A stretch of DNA of 55,254 nucleotides from Syntrophales bacterium (GTDB lineage: Bacteria > Desulfobacterota > Syntrophia > Syntrophales > UBA8958): contig JALNVY010000001.1 in the NCBI GenBank assembly GCA_023231165.1, positions 1-55,254 on the forward strand, written 5' to 3'. The notes under the pieces are model-generated. The model ran no database searches. It was not told where the DNA came from and saw only the letters and a list, made by a program, of their open reading frames with translations. Shown here piece after piece: positions 46,564-55,254 of this stretch. A program made the position numbers and the translations under genes. Within the stretch, counting starts at the first letter, position 1. The number at the start of each line of letters is the position of its first letter.

Positions 46564-47937
46564 ATGAGCAAGATTCTGGTCGTGGATGATGAGATCAACA
46601 TGCAGGTGGTGCTCCGGGCCATGCTGAAAAAAGAGGGATACGAAGTTCTGACGGCCCCGGACGGACGGGAGGCCCTCAAGGTATTAGCGGCCGGAAGGGG
46701 AAACATCGATGTGGTGGTTACGGACCTCAAAATGCCAAATCTTGATGGCATGGGGCTTCTGGAACGGGTGATGAAGGATTATCCGTCTACCCCGGTGATC
46801 ATGATTACCGCCCACGGGACAGTGGCCACGGCAGTAGATGCCTTAAAAATGGGGGCCTTTGATTATGTTACCAAGCCTTTTGAACAAGATGAACTCAAAA
46901 ATGTCATCTTCAAGGCGATCAAAACGAGACGGCTAAACAATGAGGAATTCGTTGCCAGTTCCGACGACATTGACCGTTATGGCATTATCGGCGCCAGCAG
47001 TCCGATGATCGAGATATTTGAGACGATAAAGCGGGTAGCCCCGACGACGACAACAATCCTCATTTCCGGGGAAACGGGGACGGGGAAGGAACTGATTGCC
47101 AACGCCATCCATATTAACAGCCCCCGGAAGAACAATCCCCTCATCAAGATCAACTGTGCAGCAATTGCAGAAAACCTCATGGAAAGCGAGCTCTTCGGTT
47201 ATGAGCGGGGGGCCTTTACCGGCGCTGTCGTCACCAAGCCGGGACGTTTTGAGTTGGCCCACAAGGGGACTCTCTTTCTCGACGAAGTTGGAGAGCTGCC
47301 CAAAGAGATGCAGGTAAAACTGCTACGGGTCATTCAGGAACAGGCCTTTGAACGGGTCGGAGGATTGAAGACCATTAAGGTGGATGTGCGCCTCATCACG
47401 GCTACGAACAGGAACCTCTTCCAGGACGTCAAGGAAGGGCGTTTCCGTGAAGATCTCTTCTATCGCCTCAATGTTCTCCCCATCCAACTGCCGTCCCTGC
47501 GGGAAAGAAAAGACGATATTCCTACCCTGACCGCCTTTTTCATTGACCGGTTCAACAACAAGTTGTCCATGGATATCAAGGGATTGGACGAAGAGGTCAT
47601 GGATCTGTTTGTCGATTATGACTGGCCGGGCAACATCAGGGAAATGGAAAATCTCCTCGAAAGGCTCGTTCTGATGGCCAGGGGACAGACGATAACCCTT
47701 GAAGACGTCCCGGGAGAAATCAAGACGGCCGTCTATGAACAATCCCTGCTGCCACCGGAAAAACAGAAGAGCCAGTTCAAGGATTTCATCCGGTCCCAGA
47801 CGGAGGACGTTGAAAAACAGATGATCGCCCGCTGCCTAGATGAATGCGGCGGTAACGTCACCCGGGCTGCCCAGCATCTGGGCCTCAGCCGCAAGGGTCT
47901 CCAATTGAAAATGATCAAGTACAACCTGCGAAAATAA
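46564..47937 (+). CDS. sigma-54-dependent response regulator (NtrC family)
   Basis: The REC domain ([13 protein letters not shown]) is followed by an AAA+ domain with Walker A GETGTGKE, the GAFTGA loop and [17 protein letters not shown]-terminal Fis-type HTH completes the protein. Confidence 0.9.
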   Translation: MSKILVVDDEINMQVVLRAMLKKEGYEVLTAPDGREALKVLAAGRGNIDVVVTDLKMPNLDGMGLLERVMKDYPSTPVIMITAHGTVATAVDALKMGAFDYVTKPFEQDELKNVIFKAIKTRRLNNEEFVASSDDIDRYGIIGASSPMIEIFETIKRVAPTTTTILISGETGTGKELIANAIHINSPRKNNPLIKINCAAIAENLMESELFGYERGAFTGAVVTKPGRFELAHKGTLFLDEVGELPKEMQVKLLRVIQEQAFERVGGLKTIKVDVRLITATNRNLFQDVKEGRFREDLFYRLNVLPIQLPSLRERKDDIPTLTAFFIDRFNNKLSMDIKGLDEEVMDLFVDYDWPGNIREMENLLERLVLMARGQTITLEDVPGEIKTAVYEQSLLPPEKQKSQFKDFIRSQTEDVEKQMIARCLDECGGNVTRAAQHLGLSRKGLQLKMIKYNLRK

Positions 47938-48083
47938 CCGAGCTCTCTTTTTATATGGAGAAAATATTCGGAATGAAAAGTTTTGAGCTGAGGTGAAATG
48001 ATTCCTTCAAAGTCAGAACGAAGAATGAGGAAATTTTCTAATAAATAGAACCGTCCCCATTATTCCACGGGAGGCATTGGAGG

Positions 48084-48944
48084 TCACAGATTGTAACTTC
48101 CAAATTTTCTGAGAAAGATATTGGTCATCTCCAGATAAGGGCGCATGGCCCTTGTTCCGCCTCCGGCAGCGACGATGGGGAGGATTTGGGCAGCGTCGAT
48201 GATTCTTACTCCTCCGAGTTGAGTCACGGGGGTGTCGGCAAAGAGATCGGGCAGCATGGGGGTGGAGGGGCCCAGCAGAGCCACATGGCGGGGGGTGCCA
48301 AGGTCGTTCAAGATATCTTCAAGGTCGTCATAAAGAAGAGTCGTAGCGGTTAGTATGGCCACGGTACAGCTTTTCAGTATGGTCCGGCGCTCCCTCCTAG
48401 AGAGGACCAGGCCTTTGGCGGCGTCCTTTTCCAGGACGGTGAGCGATGCCCCCTTGCTTTCTATCCTCTCCAACAGCGGCGTAAAACGCCCCACCATTGC
48501 GACCTTATCCTCAGGCGTCAGATGGAGAAAGTCAAAGGAGTCTCCTCCCATATCACTGTGATCCTGGCGGATCAGGGCATTGGCCGTCGCCAGGGCCAAT
48601 GCCTTTTTCAACGGGGCACCTTTTTCGGTGAGCCATTCCAGGACTGCTGCGGCGCCGGCGCCAGTCAGGGTTATGGACGGGTAAAATATCTCCCCTCCCC
48701 GGGACGGTTCCGCAGCGGGAACATCGGACAAGCCAGGACAAACATCGGCATAAGGGGGGCTAAGCGGGGGAGGGGGGCTGGCGCCATGAGTAGGAAACCC
48801 GGACAGACCGAGACGGCCGTTGTCAAGGCGGACAGCTATATAAGCTTGCCCCAGGTGAACGTCTGCTATCGTCCGTGTTTTTACCTGGTCGCGAAGAAGC
48901 TCATACAGGCGAATTGAAAGGTCACCTAATTTTAACATAACCAT
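48084..48944 (-). CDS. DUF4213/DUF364 (putative chelatase-like Rossmann) protein
   Basis: 286 aa. The N-terminal GQAYIAVRLDNGRLGLS pattern and the C-terminal VAMVGRF...VAILTATTLLYDDLEDIL...VALLGPSTPM fit DUF364. There is a Pro-rich insertion. Confidence 0.6.
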   Translation of the reverse strand: MVMLKLGDLSIRLYELLRDQVKTRTIADVHLGQAYIAVRLDNGRLGLSGFPTHGASPPPPLSPPYADVCPGLSDVPAAEPSRGGEIFYPSITLTGAGAAAVLEWLTEKGAPLKKALALATANALIRQDHSDMGGDSFDFLHLTPEDKVAMVGRFTPLLERIESKGASLTVLEKDAAKGLVLSRRERRTILKSCTVAILTATTLLYDDLEDILNDLGTPRHVALLGPSTPMLPDLFADTPVTQLGGVRIIDAAQILPIVAAGGGTRAMRPYLEMTNIFLRKFGSYNL

Positions 48945-49010
48945 TTATCTCCCGGACATCGCTTTTCGATCAGAACGATCTTATGAAGACAGGCCCTGTC
49001 CTTTCTGTGA

Positions 49011-49039
49011 AGCATATACAGAACCGCCCCCGTTGTCAA
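49011..49039 (-). promoter_or_regulatory. candidate sigma-70 promoter for the DUF364 gene
   Basis: The minus strand reads TTGACA-N17-TATGCT, 67 nt upstream of the start codon. Confidence 0.3.
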
Positions 49040-49163
49040 TTGCCTGCGTTCTCTTGACGCCTTGGAAAAGGAGAGCTTATCAGACAAATACCGATCTCTT
49101 TCCTTCCCGCCCCCTTACCTTGAAAAACGTCCTGTTCTCATTTCATATTCAGTATTCCCCTGA

Positions 49164-49192
49164 TTGTTAAAAAACGTCCTTTTGATTATCTT
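49164..49192 (+). promoter_or_regulatory. candidate sigma-70 promoter of the small-ORF locus
   Basis: TTGTTA-N17-TATCTT. A second, similar element TTGAAA-N18-CATATT lies at 49120-49149. Both spacers contain AAAAACGTCCT. Confidence 0.3.
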
Positions 49193-49228
49193 AGGGTCGA
49201 AAGAAACAAAGATAGGAGGACAGAGACC

Positions 49229-49345
49229 ATGAACACCATCCTCAACGAAAGAATCGAGTTCAACCCCCAGCACGACGTTCTGGGCAAGACGATAGAGAGA
49301 AACAGAAACGGCTGGCGGCATCGGGCCGTTCTGAAAGGATTTTAA
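49229..49345 (+). CDS. candidate 38-aa small protein
   Basis: AGGAGGA at 49214-49220 lies 8 nt before the ATG. The peptide is MNTILNERIEFNPQHDVLGKTIERNRNGWRHRAVLKGF. It is below the ORF-track cutoff and has no recognised homology. Confidence 0.3.
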   Translation: MNTILNERIEFNPQHDVLGKTIERNRNGWRHRAVLKGF

Positions 49346-49353
49346 CCAAGCTG

Positions 49354-49470
49354 ATGAGAGAGGAGGCAAAAGCCATGAGAAAAACAGGAGCCAAAGACAG
49401 AGAGAGATTTGCAAAGAAGGCTGGCAAGACCTGGATTGATCCCATGTGTACACCCGTCGAGACCAGGTAG
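49354..49470 (+). CDS. candidate 38-aa (or 31-aa from ATG 49375) basic small protein
   Basis: GAGGAGG at 49359-49365 precedes the ATG at 49375. The peptide is M(REEAKAM)RKTGAKDRERFAKKAGKTWIDPMCTPVETR. It is followed by a hairpin and a terminator. Confidence 0.25.
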   Translation: MREEAKAMRKTGAKDRERFAKKAGKTWIDPMCTPVETR

Positions 49471-49556
49471 TCAGAACGTAACAGAGATTGTTGATGAGAA
49501 AGAGAGAGGCGTAAAAACGAACGCTCTGTGAAAAACCTGCCTCTCTCAGAGTTCAA

Positions 49557-49591
49557 GGGGCGGGATCGATAGATCCCGCCCCTTGTTTTTT
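49557..49591 (+). terminator. rho-independent terminator (plus-strand polarity)
   Basis: GGGGCGGGATC-GATA-GATCCCGCCCC, an 11-bp perfect stem, followed by TTGTTTTTT. There is no U-tract in the minus orientation. Confidence 0.75.
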
Positions 49592-49668
49592 ATAATCGGT
49601 TCAACAACCTCCCTCATTCGGAAAGTTTGCCGCCGTCCCTGTAATTAACAATTCTTAGGGGATTGCTG

Positions 49669-51396
49669 CTAATAACCGAGCGCCGATCCTTCCCGCCGCG
49701 GATCTGCGGCGCCATAACGCATCGATGTTTTTCCATCGACCAAAATGCTGGAGGAAGCCCCCATCGCGGCCCCCACCGTAACGGTATGACCCATGTCCGA
49801 CAGTAGCTTGATTGTATCGGGGCTTATTCCCTTTTCAATCTGTAGCTCGTCGGGAAGCCATTCATTATGAACCCGCGGAGCATTCACAGCTTCCTGGATG
49901 TTCATCCCATGGTCGATGATGTTCATGATCACCTGCAGGTTGGTAGAAATTATCCGGCTGCTGCCGGGACTCCCCGTGACAAGAAAGACCTTACCGTCCT
50001 TCATGACGATCGTCGGGGACATGGCGCTCAACATCCGCTTATTGGGGGCGATGGCGTTCGCTTCGCCCTCCCGTATCCCGCTCTCGTCGATTCTGCCCGG
50101 CCGGACGTTGAAATTGTCCATTTCATTGTTAAGGAGAAATCCCGCCCCTTCCACGACGATGCCGTTGCCGAAATTGCCGTTGAGAGTATAGGTGCTGGAC
50201 ACTGCATTGCCTTCTTTGTCGACGACCGAAAAATGAGTCGTTTCGTCACGTTCATATCTGGGTGCGTCGCCAGGCCTGATATCCTTGCCGGCCGTGGCCT
50301 TGCGGGGGTTTATTTTTGCACGCAGGTCGGCAGCATAGCGTTTCGATGTCAAACCTTTAACCGGGACCTTCACGAAATCGGGATCCCCCAGATACTCGGA
50401 GAGATCGGCAAAGGCCCTTTTCATCGCTTCCGCCGTCAGATGAATCGTCGCGGCCGAATTATGCCCCGAACGGCCAAGGTCGAAACCCTCCAGAATATTG
50501 AGAATCCCGATGATATGAACCCCGCCGGCGCTGGGCGGAGACATCGAAATGACGTCATAACCGCGATAACTACCACGCACTGGCGTCCGGAGCAATGGCT
50601 CGTAGGCCGCCAGGTCCTCGCTGGTGATAAGCCCGCCGTTCTCCTGCATCTGTTTTACAATCAGGCCGGCAGTCGCGCCTTTATAAAAGGCATCCGGACC
50701 ATCCTTGGCGATGGCCTTCAAGGTGCCGGCCAGGTCCTTCTGCACCAGCATGTCACCGGCTTCATAAAGTTTGCCGTCCGGCTTGACGAAGATTTTCGCT
50801 GTTGCCGGATAGGCTCTCAGCAGCGTTTCGTAAGCCTTCATGTCGGCGGCTAGCTTTCCGTTCACCATGAAGCCTTCCTCGGCATACTTGATCGCCGGGG
50901 CCAACGCCTGTGCGAGTGATATGGTGCCGAATTTCTTTAGCGCCATGGCCAGTCCGGCAACTGTTCCGGGCACCGCTGTTGCCAGATGGCTCTGACGCCT
51001 TAGCTTTAGGTCGGCGTTTCCATCCCTGTCCATGAACAAATTGCGAAACGCCCTGCCGGGGGCCTTCTGCCAGTAATCGATGGCCACAATCTCTCTCGTC
51101 TTGACGGAATGGATGAGCATGAACCCGCCACCGCCGATATTACCGGCACGGGGTAGCGTCACGGCCATGACAAAGGCCACGGTTACAGCGGCGTCAACGG
51201 CGTTGCCGCCCCCCTTCAGGACCTCAAGTCCGGCCCGCGCCGCTGCTTCCTGCCCCGCAACAACCATCCCGTTTTTCCCCTGGGACGGAAATACCAGGGC
51301 ATTTTCCAAACCGCAAGCGGTCTGAACGTGAGCTGTAAGCGCGATAGCGCACAGGGCTGCGTAAAGTGTAATGAGCTTTAATGCCTGCTTTTTCAT
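49669..51396 (-). CDS. ggt: gamma-glutamyltransferase
   Basis: 575 aa with a signal peptide. The autoprocessing/catalytic Thr context is ETTHFSVVDKEGNAVS, with GSPGSSRI near the C-terminus. Confidence 0.9.
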   Translation of the reverse strand: MKKQALKLITLYAALCAIALTAHVQTACGLENALVFPSQGKNGMVVAGQEAAARAGLEVLKGGGNAVDAAVTVAFVMAVTLPRAGNIGGGGFMLIHSVKTREIVAIDYWQKAPGRAFRNLFMDRDGNADLKLRRQSHLATAVPGTVAGLAMALKKFGTISLAQALAPAIKYAEEGFMVNGKLAADMKAYETLLRAYPATAKIFVKPDGKLYEAGDMLVQKDLAGTLKAIAKDGPDAFYKGATAGLIVKQMQENGGLITSEDLAAYEPLLRTPVRGSYRGYDVISMSPPSAGGVHIIGILNILEGFDLGRSGHNSAATIHLTAEAMKRAFADLSEYLGDPDFVKVPVKGLTSKRYAADLRAKINPRKATAGKDIRPGDAPRYERDETTHFSVVDKEGNAVSSTYTLNGNFGNGIVVEGAGFLLNNEMDNFNVRPGRIDESGIREGEANAIAPNKRMLSAMSPTIVMKDGKVFLVTGSPGSSRIISTNLQVIMNIIDHGMNIQEAVNAPRVHNEWLPDELQIEKGISPDTIKLLSDMGHTVTVGAAMGASSSILVDGKTSMRYGAADPRREGSALGY

Positions 51397-51555
51397 AGTG
51401 CAAAGCGCCCTCCTTAATGAAATAAATCGTTAGCTTGCGCGGACGAAATTATTAGCCCATTTTTCTTTTAAATGTCCAGCTCAAACCTTCAGGATCAGGC
51501 GCATGGTTTTGAAGCACGACCTGCATCCTACCGTTGTACCTTCGGTCTTTTCCAT

Positions 51556-51584
51556 CTTGACACACAACGCCCATGCCCTTATAG
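51556..51584 (+). promoter_or_regulatory. candidate sigma-70 promoter for the downstream acyl-CoA dehydrogenase gene
   Basis: TTGACA-N17-TATAGT, 38 nt upstream of the ATG, with AAAGGAG as RBS. Confidence 0.45.
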
Positions 51585-51621
51585 TTGGAGGCATATGTAA
51601 CGGAATAGAAAGGAGATTGAA

Positions 51622-52872
51622 ATGTTTGATTATTTGCTTACAAAGGAACAATTAGCCATTCGGGACGAAGCCCGGGACCTGGTCAAGTGGGTCCCCCGCC
51701 AGATGATCCTCGATATGGACCAGGATAAGATCCGCTTTCCCAAGGAATTTCTCTCCGAGGCGGGGCGCCGGAACCTCCTCGGCTGTCGCTACCCTCGGGA
51801 ATGGGGTGGCCGGGGAATGGACTGGGTTACCACTGCGGCCATCTTGGAGGAGATTGGCACTCTGGGCTACGAGTTTGCCTGTGTTTTCGGTGTCGGCGCG
51901 GAGCTCGTCTGCGACGCCATTATCCTGCACGGGACCGACGCCCTGAAGGAAAAGTATGTCAAACCGCTCCTGCGCGGAGATATCTTTGCCGCCGAGTGCC
52001 TGACAGAGCCCAGGGGCGGGTCGGATTTCTTCGGTGCCACGACAAAGGCGGAAGACCGGGGTGATCACTTCATCCTCAACGGCCAGAAGCGCTTCATCGT
52101 GGGCGGCGAGGGGGCGGATTATTTCCTGGTTTATGCCCGGACCAATTTCGATCCCGCTGCCAAGCCCCAGGATTCGCTTACGGCCTTCATCGTTGACCGG
52201 GGACCCGGAGTGGAGACAAATTACCTCTATGCCCTCCTGGGTTGCCGGGGCGGCGGTACGGCCCGCATCGTCTTCAAGGACGCGGTTATCCCCAGAGAGA
52301 ACATCGTGGGAAAGGTCAATGGCGCCTACGCCGTCTTCAATACCATGATGATCCCCGAGCGCCTCGGGACGGCCATGATGACCATCGGCGCCGCCCGTCC
52401 TGCCATCGAGATCGCCACCAAATACACCGCCCGGCGCAAAGCCTTCGGCCAGATAATTGCCACTTTCGAGGGGGTAAGCTTCCAGATAGCCGAGGCGGTC
52501 ATGCTCCTCGATGCGGCCCGGTCCATGGCTTACACGACGGCCCGGGCGGTGGAAACGGGACAGGACATGAACCGGATCCGCCGTGCCGTCTCCGAAGCCA
52601 AAAAATTCATTACCGAATCCTGCCAGAAGGTAGTCCACAACGCCATGCAGGTTGTAGGCGGCATCGGATATACGAACGTCTTTCCCCTGGAACGGATCTA
52701 CCGTGACATCCGCCTGGCCAGCATCTGGACGGGGACGAGCGAGGTCATGGCCATGATTACAGCCCACGAATGGTACCGGGAATTCCTGGGCAAGGAGATC
52801 CACTCCCGGCCCCGGGACCACGAGGCGGACGCCGAGGAGGCCTTCGCGGAGGAAGAGAAGATTTACGAGTGA
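51622..52872 (+). CDS. acyl-CoA dehydrogenase
   Basis: 416 aa with an ACAD fold (CLTEPRGGSD, GQKRFIVGG). The catalytic Glu context is IWTGTSEVM. Confidence 0.85.
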   Translation: MFDYLLTKEQLAIRDEARDLVKWVPRQMILDMDQDKIRFPKEFLSEAGRRNLLGCRYPREWGGRGMDWVTTAAILEEIGTLGYEFACVFGVGAELVCDAIILHGTDALKEKYVKPLLRGDIFAAECLTEPRGGSDFFGATTKAEDRGDHFILNGQKRFIVGGEGADYFLVYARTNFDPAAKPQDSLTAFIVDRGPGVETNYLYALLGCRGGGTARIVFKDAVIPRENIVGKVNGAYAVFNTMMIPERLGTAMMTIGAARPAIEIATKYTARRKAFGQIIATFEGVSFQIAEAVMLLDAARSMAYTTARAVETGQDMNRIRRAVSEAKKFITESCQKVVHNAMQVVGGIGYTNVFPLERIYRDIRLASIWTGTSEVMAMITAHEWYREFLGKEIHSRPRDHEADAEEAFAEEEKIYE

Positions 52873-53147
52873 GGATGCCCGGCAAAATCTCTGGATGCTT
52901 GATTACAAGAAGCTGTGCTCCGTTAACACGAACTGAAATTAAGCCGGCAAGAGTTTCCACCTTTGTCTTTGTAATCAGCGAAGCCTTTTTCAGAAAAAAA
53001 GGTGTATGTCAAAAACTGGTGTCACCTACAAGTCTGCAATTGGCTACATTACCGAGAATCAATGATAACTGCTTGAAACCAGCAGTGAAGATATTATCTT
53101 CGCACAGCAAAAAAACCTTATTGCAAGTCCAGTGTTCTGGGAATGTT

Positions 53148-54560
53148 TCAGCTCCCTTTTTTAGGCGACAGTAAAGAAAAACCCAGAACGATAAGCGTCA
53201 GAAAAAAAGATAGGAGAACCATTTCTCCAAAAGCAGCAGGAATGGCTTGATTAAACGCGATGTTTGCAGCGACCCCCTCCTGTCGGAAAAGGTTATAGTA
53301 GGCGATCTGCCTAGTGGAGAATATGAGTCCGGTCAGGGTCAGTCCGATCGACATCGCCACTTGGCGATTCGTGGCAAGCATTGCCGAAGCCGAACCATGG
53401 TATTTGGGATCCACGGCATTCATGATGGTGCTGTTGTTGGGTGGTTGAAATACCCCGGATCCGATACCGAGCAGGGTCAGAACCAAAACGATCATCCAGA
53501 TCTCTGTTTGCAGATTGAACCGGAACATACAGAAAAAAGCAACGGCAACCGCACCTGCCCCCAGCGTGGAAGGCCATCGCGGACCGAAACGGTCTGAAAG
53601 TGCACCGCTTATAGGACTGGCGATCATGGTTGTAACCGGGATGACAGACAAAAGCAGACCCGCATCCGCAGCCGACAACTTGATGGCGTCCATGATGTAA
53701 AAGGGAATAAGAACAATGTAAACAGGCATGGTCAGGAAAAAGAGAAAAAAACCAGCCATGGCATAGGTGAAATCACGATTCTTGAACAGCCCGAAATCGA
53801 TGATGGGATTTTTGGCGCGACGTTCAATAAGCAGCAGCAGACATAACATCAAAAGTCCGGTGCCTGTCAGAGTGATGACCACCGCTGATTTCAGGCCATA
53901 CGCCTTGATTTGCCCCATTCCGAAGAGAAAGCAGAAAAGGCCTGCAAAAGATGTAACAGCTCCCAGGAGGTCAAGTTTGATTTTCCCCGACTGGATCGTA
54001 TCTTTTTTAAGCAGAATAATCGCCAGAATAAAGGCCAGAAGGCTCAACGGTATCCGTGTGTAGAAAATGGCTCGCCAGTCAAGATACTCCAGCAGAAATC
54101 CACCGGCGACAGGACCGATAATGAAACCCGCTGAAACGGCTACCCCCAGCAGCCCCAGTCCCTTTCCCATCCTGTTGCCGGGAAAGGCTTCCGTGACAAT
54201 AGCTGTACTGCAGCCGATGGCCATGGCGGCGCCTACGCCCTGGATAACCCTGGAAACAATGAGCTGTTCCACACTCTGGGCCAGACTGCACGCTACCATG
54301 GCTAAGGTGAAAATTCCGAAGCCCACCGTGTAGATCTTTTTCCTGCCGACAAAATCGCTCAGTTTCCCGAAAAGGAGCATCAGGCTGCTGCTCACGAGGA
54401 TATAGGCCACAGTTATCCACATGATGGTTGTCAGATCCGTATGAAACACACGGGTAAGCTCGGGAAAGGCGATGGTGATGATACTGGCATCCAGCGTGGT
54501 CATCGCAGCTCCCAGGGAGACGGTCAGCAGGGCTTTCCATGAGTAGGATAGTGGTTTCAT
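53148..54560 (-). CDS. MFS transporter (14-TMS DHA2/EmrB-like)
   Basis: 470 aa with about 14 hydrophobic helices. MFS motif A-like GKLSDFVGRKK is present. Confidence 0.8.
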   Translation of the reverse strand: MKPLSYSWKALLTVSLGAAMTTLDASIITIAFPELTRVFHTDLTTIMWITVAYILVSSSLMLLFGKLSDFVGRKKIYTVGFGIFTLAMVACSLAQSVEQLIVSRVIQGVGAAMAIGCSTAIVTEAFPGNRMGKGLGLLGVAVSAGFIIGPVAGGFLLEYLDWRAIFYTRIPLSLLAFILAIILLKKDTIQSGKIKLDLLGAVTSFAGLFCFLFGMGQIKAYGLKSAVVITLTGTGLLMLCLLLLIERRAKNPIIDFGLFKNRDFTYAMAGFFLFFLTMPVYIVLIPFYIMDAIKLSAADAGLLLSVIPVTTMIASPISGALSDRFGPRWPSTLGAGAVAVAFFCMFRFNLQTEIWMIVLVLTLLGIGSGVFQPPNNSTIMNAVDPKYHGSASAMLATNRQVAMSIGLTLTGLIFSTRQIAYYNLFRQEGVAANIAFNQAIPAAFGEMVLLSFFLTLIVLGFSLLSPKKGS

Positions 54561-54582
54561 ATCGGTCCGGTCGCCTTTTTGC

Positions 54583-55254
54583 TCAACAATGCAGGCGCTG
54601 CCGCTCCTTCACGACATAGTCGAGTATCTCCCTGGCCATAGGGGTTGCAAGGATAAGTCTGGACATGTCGATTTTCGTATTCGGGTGCTGAAGGAATAGG
54701 GATTCCCTGTCGTCAACGGCGGAACTGTGGCTCAGACCCGCAAAGAAGAACCCTGCCGCTTCCGCATCCCGGCAGACGCTGTCGATTCCGCTCTGGTCCA
54801 GGGGAAGTTCCAGATAGACGATGTCGATCTTTTCGACTTCCGTCAGTTCGCGCAGGCGGCTCCGGATCTCCGCCGCCGTTTCGGTCCCGATGCGGCGTAC
54901 CTGGATGTCAGCGATGCCCCAGGCGCGGTTGATCCGGATCTCCACCTGCCCCGCACCGGAAGGCTCGGGGAGCGACTGAAAGGTCGCGGGCTTCCCAACG
55001 GCCGCGTAGATCCGCTCCACCATGGCCCGGTGGTGTGCAGGCGCGCAGACCACGGCAGGTTCCGGCGGCACGCAGAACTTCATATCGAGGACGCAGCTTT
55101 CCCGCTGGTTGAGCTGCTCGTTGATCTTCTTGAACATGGTGCCGGCGGGCATGGCGCCCAGGGCCAGGGCGCAGGACGTGAACCCGAGACGGCCGCAAAG
55201 GATCTGCATGGCGGGATGGTTGGTGACCGTGTGGCCGACGAGGCGGCGGATACC
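54583..55254 (-). CDS. partial CDS (5' end outside window), C-terminal part of a putative GNAT-associated protein
   Basis: The frame stays open to the window edge (GIRRLVGHTVTNHPAMQ...). The family call is weak and based only on the VTNHP..Q..L..GF pattern. Confidence 0.35.
   Translation of the reverse strand, partial: GIRRLVGHTVTNHPAMQILCGRLGFTSCALALGAMPAGTMFKKINEQLNQRESCVLDMKFCVPPEPAVVCAPAHHRAMVERIYAAVGKPATFQSLPEPSGAGQVEIRINRAWGIADIQVRRIGTETAAEIRSRLRELTEVEKIDIVYLELPLDQSGIDSVCRDAEAAGFFFAGLSHSSAVDDRESLFLQHPNTKIDMSRLILATPMAREILDYVVKERQRLHC

Noticed and set aside
49061-49076. Possible sigma-54 promoter TTGGAAAAGGAGAGCTT near the NtrC-family regulator.
   Set aside because: The GG-to-GC spacing is 9 nt instead of the canonical 10, and the flanking bases match the TGGCAC-N5-TTGC consensus poorly.
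49115-49556. Minus-strand ORFs 49115..49453 (112 aa) and 49260..49556 (98 aa).
   Set aside because: They have no RBS and low-complexity Leu/Ser-rich products. The promoter, RBS and terminator signals in this gap all point to the plus strand.
49867-52821. ORFs 49867..50853 (+) and 51652..52821 (-).
   Set aside because: They are antisense to ggt and the acyl-CoA dehydrogenase gene.
1-55254. CRISPR arrays, rRNA genes, intact IS/transposase genes, prophage or defence-system gene sets.
   Set aside because: No regularly spaced direct repeats, rRNA-like sequence, transposase or phage structural ORFs, or recognisable defence genes were seen anywhere in the window.

Overview
This is a densely coding chromosomal window. 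Its gene content and repeat flavour suggest an anaerobic deltaproteobacterium, possibly Syntrophales-like, but that is inference only. Housekeeping genes include mazG, an S1-domain protein, a ychF-like GTPase, leuC-leuD-leuB, pyrE, nfi, ribF, tRNA-Leu(CAG) and ggt. Methionine synthase is split into a stand-alone activation-domain ORF plus an 803-aa MetH. Signalling genes include a HEAT-repeat protein followed by PAS/HD-GYP and sensor/PAS/GGDEF genes, a PAS-LuxR regulator, and a histidine kinase with an NtrC-type sigma-54 activator. The stand-out feature is a compact 10-gene same-strand operon (14999-23428). It encodes a self-contained type II fatty-acid/polyketide-like machinery: FabD, an acyl-CoA dehydrogenase homologue, KAS III, a FabA-type dehydratase, a ketoreductase, a second hot-dog dehydratase, KAS I/II, its own ACP, a PlsC-type acyltransferase and its own PPTase. 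No recognisable enoyl-ACP reductase is present. The operon is convergent with a heme-c fatty-acid cis/trans isomerase (cti). I cannot assign this gene combination to a characterised pathway. Other observations follow. A 125-bp MITE-like palindromic repeat occurs in two copies, each abutting the stop codon of the upstream gene. Short GC hairpin (REP-like) elements are present, one of them inside an apparent in-frame insertion in the PPTase. A degenerate tyrosine-recombinase remnant lies next to the tRNA. A promoter-to-terminator mini-locus (49164-49591) carries two ~38-aa ORFs and is otherwise unexplained. No CRISPR array, rRNA, intact transposase or prophage was seen.
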